Shown: positions 1 to 8,565, numbered from the stretch's first letter. The stretch is DNA of 32,000 bases from Demequinaceae bacterium (GCA_965250005.1 OZ252279.1:660001-692000), one strand, 5' to 3'. Notes: generated by a model not told the origin, from the sequence alone. Made by a program: numbers and translations.

Positions 1-283
1 CCTTTGCGGTAATAGTGCCAACCTCGACGTGCGAGAAGCCGATCGCGCTGAGCCCGCGCACCGCGGTTGCGTTCTTATCCAACCCTGCCGCTAGACCCAG
101 CGGCCCAGGGAATGTGATCCCCATGGCTTCCACCGCGCCACTGGGGTCAGGGCGCGGATAGAGGCCGGTGGCGCGAGCCAAGCGAGCGGTCCAGCCCCCC
201 CAGCGGATTGCCGCCAACCCTGCAGCGTGCGCGGTCTCAGGGTCGAGACGGCATATCACCACGCGAAAGAAGAGTGCGTACAC
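1..283 (-). CDS. pyrD: Dihydroorotate dehydrogenase (quinone type), N-terminal part; runs off the window start
   Basis: Manual translation of the minus strand from GTG at 281-283 gives VYALFFRVVICRLDPETAHAAGLAAIRWGGWTARLARATGLYPRPDPSGAVEAMGITFPGPLGLAAGLDKNATAVRGLSAIGFSHVEVGTITAK; 'FPGPLGLAAGLDKNA...GFSHVEVGTIT' is the class 2 DHODH signature. Absent from the supplied ORF track. Confidence 0.88.
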   Translation of the reverse strand, partial: MYALFFRVVICRLDPETAHAAGLAAIRWGGWTARLARATGLYPRPDPSGAVEAMGITFPGPLGLAAGLDKNATAVRGLSAIGFSHVEVGTITAK

Positions 284-315
284 GCACTCAAACTATCGCT
301 AGATACCATCGGGGC

Positions 316-1764
316 ATGACGTCTCTCAATGCAACGGACCTGGACCTGGCCACCATCGAAGCCGACGCGCTCATCTTGGGTGTGATCGGCGACGGCGAGG
401 TCACCGCGCACGCGCAGCTTTCCGAGGAGGTGCGCGCCGCAATCGCCGCAACTGCCGCGTCCCTCGACCCGAGCTCAAAAGTGGGTGCGGTCACTGTCCT
501 CCCTCACGACAAGGTTGCCTCCAAGCGGGTCGTTCTCGTGGGATTGGGCGAAGGCCATGACGGCGACCTGCGCGAGGCCGCCGGATCTGCCGCGCGTTCG
601 TGCGGCAAGAAGCCCTCCCTCGTAGCCGTCGGACTGCCCGGCCTGACGGATAGCGCGCAGTCCGCAACCGCCGAGGGGGCCGTGCTCGGCGCCTACTTCT
701 TCAACGACTATAAGTCCGACGAGGTCGAAGCCGCATACCAAGGCGCCGAATGGCTCATTGCCGGCGCATCGGATGTGGCGATAGCGGCGGCCAAGACTGT
801 CGCAGGAGCTGTTGCTGGTGCGCGCGACCTGGTGAACACGGCACCGCTCGACCTCTACCCCGCCACGTTCGCCGAGGCGGCCGTGGGGCTCGGCGTGGCC
901 GGCAACGTGGACGTCCGGGTGTGGGAGCCACAGGATTTGGCGAACGAAGGCTTCGGCGGAATCCTCGCCGTCGGCATGGGTTCCTCCCGGTTGCCCCGCT
1001 TGGTCCGCATCGAGTGGAAACCCGAGGGCGCCAAGCAGACCGTGGCGCTGGTGGGCAAGGGCATCACATTCGACTCGGGCGGCCTCTCGCTCAAGCCGCC
1101 GCAGTCCATGGAGACCATGAAGTCAGACATGGCTGGCGCCGCCGCTGTCATGCACATCGTCCTCGCGGCCGCGCGTTCCGAGCTCAAGATTGGCGTGACC
1201 GGCTGGCTGTGCTTGGCGGAGAATCTGCCGTCGGCCACCGCCCAGCGACCAAGCGACGTCATTCGCATTTACGGCGGCAAGTCCGTTGAGGTCCTCAATA
1301 CCGATGCCGAGGGCCGCCTGGTACTCGCAGACGGGCTCGTCCGCGCGTGCGAAGAGAAGCCGAGCATGGTGATCGATATCGCGACACTCACGGGCGCGCA
1401 AGGCATAGCACTCGGATCGCGGACCTCAGGCGTGATGGGCACCCCCAACGAGCGGGCCGAAATGGTCGCAGCAGCCGACGAGGTAGACGAGCCGATGTGG
1501 GCCATGCCGCTGCCCGAGTACCTACTCGAGACCGTGAAGTCCAAGCTCGCGGACCTGAAAAACATCGGGGAGCGCAGTATGGCAGGAATGTTGAGCGCTG
1601 GAGTGTTCCTTGGCGAGTTCGTCGGGGACACGCCGTGGGTCCACATGGACATCGCACGGCCATCGTTTAATGAGGGTAAGCCCTTCGGATTCACGCCAGC
1701 CGGCGGAACGGGTGCCGCCGTGCGGACCGTGCTGCGGTTCCTCGAGAAGCGCGCCGGAGCCTAG
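316..1764 (+). CDS. pepA: Leucyl aminopeptidase, M17 family
   Basis: Start inferred at ATG 316 (MTSLNATDLD...), not 208; M17 signature NTDAEGRLVLAD, GKGITFDSGGLSLKP, and MKSDMAGAAAV present. Confidence 0.95.
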   Translation: MTSLNATDLDLATIEADALILGVIGDGEVTAHAQLSEEVRAAIAATAASLDPSSKVGAVTVLPHDKVASKRVVLVGLGEGHDGDLREAAGSAARSCGKKPSLVAVGLPGLTDSAQSATAEGAVLGAYFFNDYKSDEVEAAYQGAEWLIAGASDVAIAAAKTVAGAVAGARDLVNTAPLDLYPATFAEAAVGLGVAGNVDVRVWEPQDLANEGFGGILAVGMGSSRLPRLVRIEWKPEGAKQTVALVGKGITFDSGGLSLKPPQSMETMKSDMAGAAAVMHIVLAAARSELKIGVTGWLCLAENLPSATAQRPSDVIRIYGGKSVEVLNTDAEGRLVLADGLVRACEEKPSMVIDIATLTGAQGIALGSRTSGVMGTPNERAEMVAAADEVDEPMWAMPLPEYLLETVKSKLADLKNIGERSMAGMLSAGVFLGEFVGDTPWVHMDIARPSFNEGKPFGFTPAGGTGAAVRTVLRFLEKRAGA

Positions 1765-1796
1765 AGCGCCCGCGCGCTGCAGTCACCAACTACGGT

Positions 1797-2180
1797 CTAC
1801 CAGCTGCCGGATTCGCGCTTCTTGCGCACCGCGTCCGACGCGTCAGTCTGCTTTTTCCGTTGAGCCGCGCTCCATTCGCGCATGCGCGACGGGTACCCGC
1901 TCAGGTTCACGTCGTAGGCGGCGATGCCAAGCTCGCGTGCCAGTTTCTGAGCGGATTTTGCGTCAGGAACGCGGCGCCTCGTCCACTCTCCCGTTCCGCC
2001 CACCACGACCATCGTGGTCTGCGTGACGCGGGTGGCGGGTTCAATGAACGCCTCGCACCCCTCGCGGCCCGTCACAAACTCCTTGAGATAGTTAGTGGTT
2101 TCCGACTGGGCGGACTTACTGCCCTCGACAACGCCACGCCTCGGATCGGATGATTTGCCTTTGCGCGAGAAGATCCCCAT
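1797..2180 (-). CDS. Conserved actinobacterial small hypothetical protein
   Basis: 127-aa ORF MGIFSRKGKSSD...; own -10-like element TACGCT six nt upstream of the ATG; no recognised catalytic motif. Confidence 0.7.
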   Translation of the reverse strand: MGIFSRKGKSSDPRRGVVEGSKSAQSETTNYLKEFVTGREGCEAFIEPATRVTQTTMVVVGGTGEWTRRRVPDAKSAQKLARELGIAAYDVNLSGYPSRMREWSAAQRKKQTDASDAVRKKRESGSW

Positions 2181-2234
2181 GTGGACAGCGTAAGCGCCCC
2201 ACGCGGTTCGTGTCTGTAGGAGGAAGGTGACAAG

Positions 2235-2270
2235 ATGTACAGACCACTTCCTTACAAGGAGAATTCATAG
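2235..2270 (+). CDS. Putative 11-codon leader ORF (MYRPLPYKENS*) coupled to lpdA
   Basis: AGGAGGAAGG upstream of ATG 2235; stop TAG 2268-2270 shares one base with the lpdA GTG start 2270-2272. Confidence 0.35.
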   Translation: MYRPLPYKENS

Positions 2271-3655
2271 TGACCGAGTCCACCCTTAACTCGTTTGACG
2301 TACTTATTCTTGGCGGAGGTAGCGGCGGTTATGCGACCGCTCTGCGCGCCTCCCAGTTGGGCATGACTGTAGGCCTGGTCGAGGAATCGAAGCTCGGAGG
2401 CACATGCCTTCACAACGGGTGCATCCCCACCAAGGCGCTGCTTCATGCGGCCGAGGTGGCAGACGTCGCCCGCGATGGCGAAAAGTACGGAGTTCAAACC
2501 ACGCTCGGCGGCATCGACATGGCCGGCGTGAACTCCTACAAGCAAGGCGTGGTTGACCGCCTCTACAAGGGTCTGCAGGGACTCGTCAAGTCCCGCAACG
2601 TGACCATGATCGAAGGGCACGGCACTCTGGCTGGCCCTGACTCCATCGACGTGAACGGCACGCGCTACACGGGCAAGAATATCGTGCTCGCCACTGGCTC
2701 GTACTCGCGCTCGCTCCCCGGCCTGGATATCGGCGGCAAGGTAGTGACCTCCGACGAGGCGCTTGAAATGGACCACGTCCCCGCATCTGTCGTGGTGCTC
2801 GGCGGCGGCGTTATCGGCGTGGAGTTTGCATCCGTGTGGACCTCGTTCGGCGCGAAGGTCACCATCGTTGAGGCCCTGCCTCACCTAGTTCCCAACGAAG
2901 ACGAGGCACTGAGCAAGGGCCTCGAACGCGCATTCAAGAAGCGCGGTATCGACTTCAAGCTGGGCGTGCGCTTCGCGGGCGTCGAGCAGTCCGACGCGGG
3001 CGTGAAGGTCGCTCTTGAGGACGGCACATCGCTGGACGCGGACATGCTGTTGGTGGCCGTCGGCCGCGGGGCGCGCACCGCAGACATGGGGTTCGAAGCG
3101 CAGGGAGTCCGCGTGGACCGCGGGTTCGTGTTGACAGACGAGCGCCTCCACACCGGCGTGGCAAACATCTACGCCGTCGGGGACATCGTTCCCGGCCTCC
3201 AGCTCGCGCATCGCGGCTTCCAGCAGGGCATCTTCGTAGCCGAGCAAATTGCCGGCCTCAGGCCCGCGTCGATCATCGAGAACCACATCCCGCGGGTCAC
3301 CTACTGCGAGCCCGAGGTCGCGTCCGTCGGCGTTACCGAGGCCCAGGCGAAGGAGCAGTACGGCGAGGCTGCGATTGCTACCGTCGACTACAATCTTGGC
3401 GGCAACGGCAAGAGCCAGATCCTCGGCACCGCTGGATTCATCAAGCTCGTGCGGGTAATCGACGGCCCAGTCGTTGGAGTCCACATGCTTGGTTCGCGCG
3501 TAGGCGAACAGATTGGCGAGGCTCAGCTCATCGTAAGTTGGGACGCACATCCGGAAGACGTGGCCGCCCTGGTCCACGCCCACCCCACGCAGAACGAGGC
3601 TCTCGGGGAGGCGCACCTCGCGCTCGCCGGTAAGCCCCTTCACGCACACAACTAG
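2270..3655 (+). CDS. lpdA: Dihydrolipoyl dehydrogenase
   Basis: 461 aa; FAD-binding VLILGGGSGGYATALRA, redox-active GGTCLHNGCIPTKALLH, C-terminal HAHPTQNEALGE. GTG start with GGAG upstream. Confidence 0.96.
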   Translation: MTESTLNSFDVLILGGGSGGYATALRASQLGMTVGLVEESKLGGTCLHNGCIPTKALLHAAEVADVARDGEKYGVQTTLGGIDMAGVNSYKQGVVDRLYKGLQGLVKSRNVTMIEGHGTLAGPDSIDVNGTRYTGKNIVLATGSYSRSLPGLDIGGKVVTSDEALEMDHVPASVVVLGGGVIGVEFASVWTSFGAKVTIVEALPHLVPNEDEALSKGLERAFKKRGIDFKLGVRFAGVEQSDAGVKVALEDGTSLDADMLLVAVGRGARTADMGFEAQGVRVDRGFVLTDERLHTGVANIYAVGDIVPGLQLAHRGFQQGIFVAEQIAGLRPASIIENHIPRVTYCEPEVASVGVTEAQAKEQYGEAAIATVDYNLGGNGKSQILGTAGFIKLVRVIDGPVVGVHMLGSRVGEQIGEAQLIVSWDAHPEDVAALVHAHPTQNEALGEAHLALAGKPLHAHN

Positions 3656-3675
3656 TTTCGGGGAGAATGCAAGAC

Positions 3676-5439
3676 ATGGCACAAGACGTCACTCTTCCGG
3701 CACTCGGTGAATCCGTCACCGAGGGCACCGTTACCCGTTGGCTCAAGAACGTGGGCGACGACGTCGCCATGGACGAGCCATTGGTGGAGATTTCCACCGA
3801 CAAGGTGGACACGGAGATTCCGTCGCCGTTCGCGGGCAAGCTCACCGAGATCGTAGTCAAGGAGGATGAGACGGTCGATGTTGGCGCCGTTCTCGCGCGC
3901 ATCGGTGGCGATGGCGAGTCTGCACCCTCTGCGGCCGCGGCTGAGCCCGTAGCGGCTCCCGAACCCGCAGCGGCTCCCGAACCCGTCGCCGTCGAGACTG
4001 CCCCCGCGCCTGCTGCCGCGACCCCCGAACCGGTAGCGGCTCCCGAACAAGCAGCAGCCCCCGCCGCCGGTGGCGACACCCAGGACGTGATCCTTCCTGC
4101 GCTAGGCGAGTCCGTCACCGAGGGCACCGTTACCCGTTGGCTCAAGAACGTGGGCGACGACGTCGCCATGGACGAGCCATTGGTGGAGATTTCCACCGAC
4201 AAGGTCGACACGGAGATCCCCTCGCCGTTCGCTGGCACGCTAGCCGAGGTGCTCGTGGCCGAGGACCAGACCGTAGACGTTGGAACCGTGCTTGCCCGCT
4301 TGAGCGGAGCAGGCGGAACCGCCGCTGCCGCGCCCGTGGCAGCAGCTACTCCCGCACCAGTTGCGGCGCCTGAATCGACGCCCGAGCCCACGCCAGCTCC
4401 GACTCCTGCTCCCGCCGCGCATGCGTCCGCGATCACTCCAGCCGCTCCAGCGGCTACTTCCGTACCCGTTGCCGCCGCACCTGTTCCCACCGTACCCGTT
4501 GCCGCCGCACTCGCCGCTGCAACGCCGTCGTCCTTATCCTCGGCACCCACGTCTGGCTATGTGACTCCTCTGGTTCGCAACCTGGCCCAGGAGCGCGACG
4601 TGAACCTCGCGACCGTCGTCGGCACTGGGGTTGGCGGGCGCATCCGCAAGGAAGACGTACTCGCAGCCGAGCCCTCGACCGGTGGTGCTCCCGCAGCAGC
4701 CGTGAGCGGAGCGATCTCTGAGCTTCGCGGCACGACAGTCAAGATGACCAAACTGCGCAAACTGGTCGCCAAGCGCATGGTCGAGTCGTTGCAGACGCAG
4801 GCTCAGCTCACCACCGTTATCGAGGTAGACGTAACCCGTGTCTGGGCCATGCGCGCCAAGGCGAAAGTTGCGTTCCAAGAGCGCGAGGGCGCCAAGCTCA
4901 CGTTCCTGCCGTTCTTCACCAAGGCCGTCGCGGAGGCGCTGCAGGAGCACGCGTTCCTCAACGCCTCGATCGTCGACGACACGATTGTCTACCATCCGTC
5001 CGTGAACCTCGGAATCGCCGTTGACACGCCCAAGGGCCTCATGGTTCCCGTGATCAAGGATGCGGAATCGAAGTCGCTCGCGGATCACGCCCGCGAGATC
5101 GCGGATCTGGCCGAGCGCTCTCGCACCGGCAAGATCACGGTGGACGAGCTCTCAGGCACGACGTTCTCCATCACCAACACGGGTTCGGGCGGAACGCTTT
5201 TCGACACACCTGTGGTCGCCTCACCACAAGTTGGCATCCTCGCAACACCAGTGATCGAGAAGCGACCCGTCGTCATCGCTGGGCCGGACGGCGGAGACGT
5301 CATCGCCGTACGCCCGATGATCTACCTGCCACTGTCGTATGACCACCGCCTGGTTGATGGAGCCGACGCCGCTCGCTTCCTGCAGACGGTCAAGAAGCGC
5401 ATTGAAGAGGGCGCGTTCAAATCGGAGCTTGGCCTCTAA
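3676..5439 (+). CDS. sucB: Dihydrolipoamide succinyltransferase (E2 of 2-oxo-acid dehydrogenase), two lipoyl domains
   Basis: Two DVxLPALGESVTEGTVTRWLK...EISTDKVDTE lipoyl domains, Ala/Pro-rich linkers, peripheral subunit-binding domain (YVTPLVRNLAQERDVNLATVVGTGVGGRIRKEDV), catalytic LSYDHRLVDGADAARFL. ATG 3676 fits GGGGAG better than ATG 3667. Confidence 0.95.
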   Translation: MAQDVTLPALGESVTEGTVTRWLKNVGDDVAMDEPLVEISTDKVDTEIPSPFAGKLTEIVVKEDETVDVGAVLARIGGDGESAPSAAAAEPVAAPEPAAAPEPVAVETAPAPAAATPEPVAAPEQAAAPAAGGDTQDVILPALGESVTEGTVTRWLKNVGDDVAMDEPLVEISTDKVDTEIPSPFAGTLAEVLVAEDQTVDVGTVLARLSGAGGTAAAAPVAAATPAPVAAPESTPEPTPAPTPAPAAHASAITPAAPAATSVPVAAAPVPTVPVAAALAAATPSSLSSAPTSGYVTPLVRNLAQERDVNLATVVGTGVGGRIRKEDVLAAEPSTGGAPAAAVSGAISELRGTTVKMTKLRKLVAKRMVESLQTQAQLTTVIEVDVTRVWAMRAKAKVAFQEREGAKLTFLPFFTKAVAEALQEHAFLNASIVDDTIVYHPSVNLGIAVDTPKGLMVPVIKDAESKSLADHAREIADLAERSRTGKITVDELSGTTFSITNTGSGGTLFDTPVVASPQVGILATPVIEKRPVVIAGPDGGDVIAVRPMIYLPLSYDHRLVDGADAARFLQTVKKRIEEGAFKSELGL

Positions 5440-5443
5440 CTCA

Positions 5444-6358
5444 ATGCGCTACGTCGTCGCCGGTTCAAGCGGACTCATCGGTACCGCCCTCGTCGTGTCA
5501 CTGCGCGCCGACGGTCACGAGGTCACACGCATGGTTCGCCGTCCAGCGGTGAAAGAAGACGAATCTACGTGGGACCCCAAAAACGGCTTCGTGGACGAGG
5601 CTGTTGTCTCGAGCGCCGACGTGGTCGTCAATCTCGCGGGTGCTTCCATCGGCGCGAAGCGGCTAACCGCTCAGTACGCGCACACCGTACTCGAGTCGCG
5701 GGTCCTCACTTCGAGTCTGCTTGCCCGCACCGTCGCGCTAGCCGGTCAGAAGACTCGATTGATCCAGGCGTCTTCCATGGGCTACTACGGCGACGGGATC
5801 GGCCGCAAACTGACCGAGCGGTCTCGCGCCGGAAACACCCTTCTGTCTGGAATCACGCAAGAGTGGGAAAAATCTGCGCAAGAGGCGGCGTTGACTCGTG
5901 TGCCCTTGGTCTTGATGCGCACCGGGCTGGTCCTCGCCCCCACCGGCGGATTCGCCGCGCGGCTGCTTCCGTTGATCAGGACGGGGCTACTCAAGTCCCT
6001 GGGAAGTGGTGCGCAGTGGCAATCATGGATCACCCTCCATGACACGGTGCGAGCGATCCGGTTTCTGGCGGAGAGCGATTACGCCGGTGTCGCGAACATT
6101 TGTGCCCCCCAACCCGTCCGCAACGAAGAACTGGTGCGCGCTCTTGCTGAGGCCGCAGGGCGACCGCATCTGATGCGGGTCCCGGCGGGCTTGTTGCAAC
6201 TTACGCAGGGGCCTGCTGTCGACGACATCCTGGCTTCACAGCGCGGTGTCCCCGGGGTCCTGACTCGGCTGGGATTCTCGTGGGACCACCCCACGATTTC
6301 TAAAGCGGCCGCGTGGGTCATGAAACAACCCCGACACGCTCGACCAGCCACCCCGTAG
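5444..6358 (+). CDS. TIGR01777-type NAD-dependent epimerase/SDR protein
   Basis: MRYVVAGSSGLIGTALVVSLRADGHEVTRMVRR... VNLAGASI; characteristic family C-terminus. Start corrected from 5339. Confidence 0.9.
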   Translation: MRYVVAGSSGLIGTALVVSLRADGHEVTRMVRRPAVKEDESTWDPKNGFVDEAVVSSADVVVNLAGASIGAKRLTAQYAHTVLESRVLTSSLLARTVALAGQKTRLIQASSMGYYGDGIGRKLTERSRAGNTLLSGITQEWEKSAQEAALTRVPLVLMRTGLVLAPTGGFAARLLPLIRTGLLKSLGSGAQWQSWITLHDTVRAIRFLAESDYAGVANICAPQPVRNEELVRALAEAAGRPHLMRVPAGLLQLTQGPAVDDILASQRGVPGVLTRLGFSWDHPTISKAAAWVMKQPRHARPATP

Positions 6359-7562
6359 GGCTCCACCGAAGATCCAACTCCGCCTTCTGCTGGACCTGCG
6401 CGACCTGTGTTGCCGCCTCGCCATCCCACCGCGTGTGCCGTGACAACTCGTACGTGACGACGACCGTCGCGCGCCTTCCAGCCTCGGAGAGCACCTCCAC
6501 CTCAGCAACAGTCACGGCAAGTCCGTCAAATTGGACCGCGCCAGTCGCGAGCGACTCAATGAGCGCTGTGTCCGCGTCACGCGCCGCGGAGCCCTCGGCG
6601 GTGGTGGCCGCCAACGCCAACGAATCACCTCGCGCAATTGCGTCTATTCGGGCGATGGTCACGGACCTCGCCGCTTGGTCCACAGGGGTCGCCACTTTTC
6701 CGATGCCCATCGGCCCCGGCGGGTCGGCATTTGGCTGGGGCGGCGGCGTCAGCCACGAGACGAGAGAGAGAAGGGCCACTATGGCAATCGCCGCCACGGC
6801 ACCAATCAAGCTCCATTTCAGAATTCGGGTGAGCATTCTTCGTAGGCGCCAACCGCGCGCCGCGGCATCCTTCAACGTCACTTGAGCGACAACGGCGGAG
6901 GCCCGCACCCGCATGTCAGCGGCAATGCCCAACTGGGGGACGGCCACCGGAACGGGTTCTGCGCAACTGAGCAGGGCGACCGCCACCATGCTGGCTGCGG
7001 GCCGTTGCGCCGGGTCTGCCGAAATCAGCGGCTCTGCCCAAGCCCCGACTCGATCAGCAGCGGGTTGGTCCGCGAGGGCGATCAGGAGCTTACCGAGCGA
7101 GTAGACGTCGGCTGCCGGCGTGGCACCAACCGCGCGCTCTGGGGCGAAGAAGCCGGGCGTCCCTCGCTCGCTAGTGGATCCGAGAACATCGACAAGGATT
7201 GCGCCGCGCCTGCCGACCATCACGTTGGACGGGGACACGTCCCCGTGGCTGAGTCCATGGCTGTGGAGAGCGGTGAGCGCGTCGGCGACCTCGATACCAA
7301 GCGCGACGCACTCCCCTGCCGTCAGCAATCCGCGAGCACGCACGAGGGCGCCCGCATCCATGCCATCTACACGTTCCATCGCAGAAACGACGCTGCCATC
7401 CGATTCCATGCGCACAAAGGTGGGCGCGGGTACTCGCGGGTGCGACAGGTCCGCGATTGCTCGTGCCCGCGCTTGCGCACGAGCGAGGTCTGAGGCACCC
7501 TGGCCCACGACCCGGAGCACGCCGCCAAGCGCGGCCGGTGCCAGCAACCCGTTGCGATCCAT
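6318..7562 (-). CDS. Membrane-anchored protein kinase-like protein lacking a canonical N-lobe
   Basis: 414 aa; SHGDVSPSNVMV catalytic-loop-like motif, GTPGFFAPERAVG and ADVYSLGKLL; one TM segment (WSLIGAVAAIAIVALLSLVSWL) and a C-terminal domain. In-frame TGA at 7566-7568 rules out upstream extension. Overlaps the convergent epimerase by 41 bp. Confidence 0.8.
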   Translation of the reverse strand: MDRNGLLAPAALGGVLRVVGQGASDLARAQARARAIADLSHPRVPAPTFVRMESDGSVVSAMERVDGMDAGALVRARGLLTAGECVALGIEVADALTALHSHGLSHGDVSPSNVMVGRRGAILVDVLGSTSERGTPGFFAPERAVGATPAADVYSLGKLLIALADQPAADRVGAWAEPLISADPAQRPAASMVAVALLSCAEPVPVAVPQLGIAADMRVRASAVVAQVTLKDAAARGWRLRRMLTRILKWSLIGAVAAIAIVALLSLVSWLTPPPQPNADPPGPMGIGKVATPVDQAARSVTIARIDAIARGDSLALAATTAEGSAARDADTALIESLATGAVQFDGLAVTVAEVEVLSEAGRRATVVVTYELSRHTRWDGEAATQVAQVQQKAELDLRWSPTGWLVERVGVVS

Positions 7563-7771
7563 CCCTCAAGACAAGCAAGTTTCACCGACGCGTGGCGGTT
7601 CTCCACAGGACGAACCGCGTGGCGGCGGGAAGTTGCGGCGTGCGCGGGAAGTCGCGGTCGGGGAGCGGGACCTTCGTCCCGTGGGACACAAGTCCCTTAC
7701 CGTGCGTAACTTGGAGAGCGAAGATTGAAACAAGGTAGGCGAGGCTTACCAAACGAAAGAGGAGGAACAAA

Positions 7772-8455
7772 GTGAACGCAAGATTGAAGAATCTAGGAGT
7801 GGTCGTAGCAGTTCTCGGCCTGGTTTTCGTGGCAGGTGGCGTATTCGCCTTCACGCAGGTCAAGGCGGGTAGCGACTCGATCAATGCTTTCAGCACCGAG
7901 CAAGACGTGGTCCTCAACTACAACGAAGACGGCGAACTGGTCGACCGCGGCCAGACCGAAGGCGCGCAGGCGATTCTGGCGCTGCTTCGCGACGACTGGG
8001 GCTACTCGGTAGTCGACAGCGACCTCAACTCTGACGACCCGGTCATCAACACCGCAACCGAGTACATGTTCCAGATGGCGACCATTTCCTACCACGTGCT
8101 TCACGGCACTCAGTCGGTCACGCTCACCGAGGACAAGGAATACAACGGTGAGGACTTCCCCGCCGGCACCTATGACGTTGCAGTTGACGGCCGCTACTGG
8201 ACCGACTTTGACCGCTCGCACCCGCTCGAGGGTCCGGCACGTGGACAGGCATGGAGCGGCACCGCTCACGCCCTGATCGCGGAGCTCGGCGTCGGCGCTG
8301 TGACGGCTTCGACTCTTCAGCTTGGATACGGCATCTCGGCCCTCATCGTGGGCCTAGGTGGCACGTTCATCCTGCTAGGCGCTGGCCTCGTGTGGGCAGT
8401 CCGCCCGGTCGCGGCAGCACCTGCCAAGGCAGTTGCCAAAGCAAAGAATAAGTAG
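7772..8455 (+). CDS. Membrane protein of unknown function (N- and C-terminal TM segments, extracytoplasmic middle)
   Basis: 227 aa; strong GAGGAGG RBS; GTG start; TM LGVVVAVLGLVFVAGGVFAF and GYGISALIVGLGGTFILLGAGLVWAV. Confidence 0.8.
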   Translation: MNARLKNLGVVVAVLGLVFVAGGVFAFTQVKAGSDSINAFSTEQDVVLNYNEDGELVDRGQTEGAQAILALLRDDWGYSVVDSDLNSDDPVINTATEYMFQMATISYHVLHGTQSVTLTEDKEYNGEDFPAGTYDVAVDGRYWTDFDRSHPLEGPARGQAWSGTAHALIAELGVGAVTASTLQLGYGISALIVGLGGTFILLGAGLVWAVRPVAAAPAKAVAKAKNK

Positions 8456-8491
8456 TTCACTTTCGGCGACGAAAGCTGCCGGACGCGAAAG

Positions 8492-8529
8492 CAAGAGAGG
8501 GGGGCCCGAACCGGGGTCCCCCTCTCTTG
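8492..8529. terminator. Bidirectional-looking terminator hairpin
   Basis: caagagaggggg/ccccctctcttg, 12-bp perfect arms plus further pairs, between convergent genes ending at 8455 and 8566. Confidence 0.75.
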
Positions 8530-8565
8530 TGCGCTTGACGAGTGCGGCCCGCAAGTCGCCGCGCG

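Noticed and set aside
208-315. N-terminal extension of PepA called from ATG 208
   Set aside because: Extension would overlap the pyrD start and both promoters; the basic low-similarity peptide is followed by a typical PepA start at 316 with a TANNNT-N6 promoter.
2885-3682. 265-aa antisense ORF over lpdA
   Set aside because: Mirror ORF produced by GC-rich third positions; the plus-strand LpdA frame carries full-length conserved motifs.
3528-4550. 340-aa antisense Ala/Thr/Gly/Ser-rich ORF over sucB
   Set aside because: Low-complexity mirror of the lipoyl repeats and Ala/Pro linkers; the apparent internal repeats are just the duplicated lipoyl DNA read backwards.
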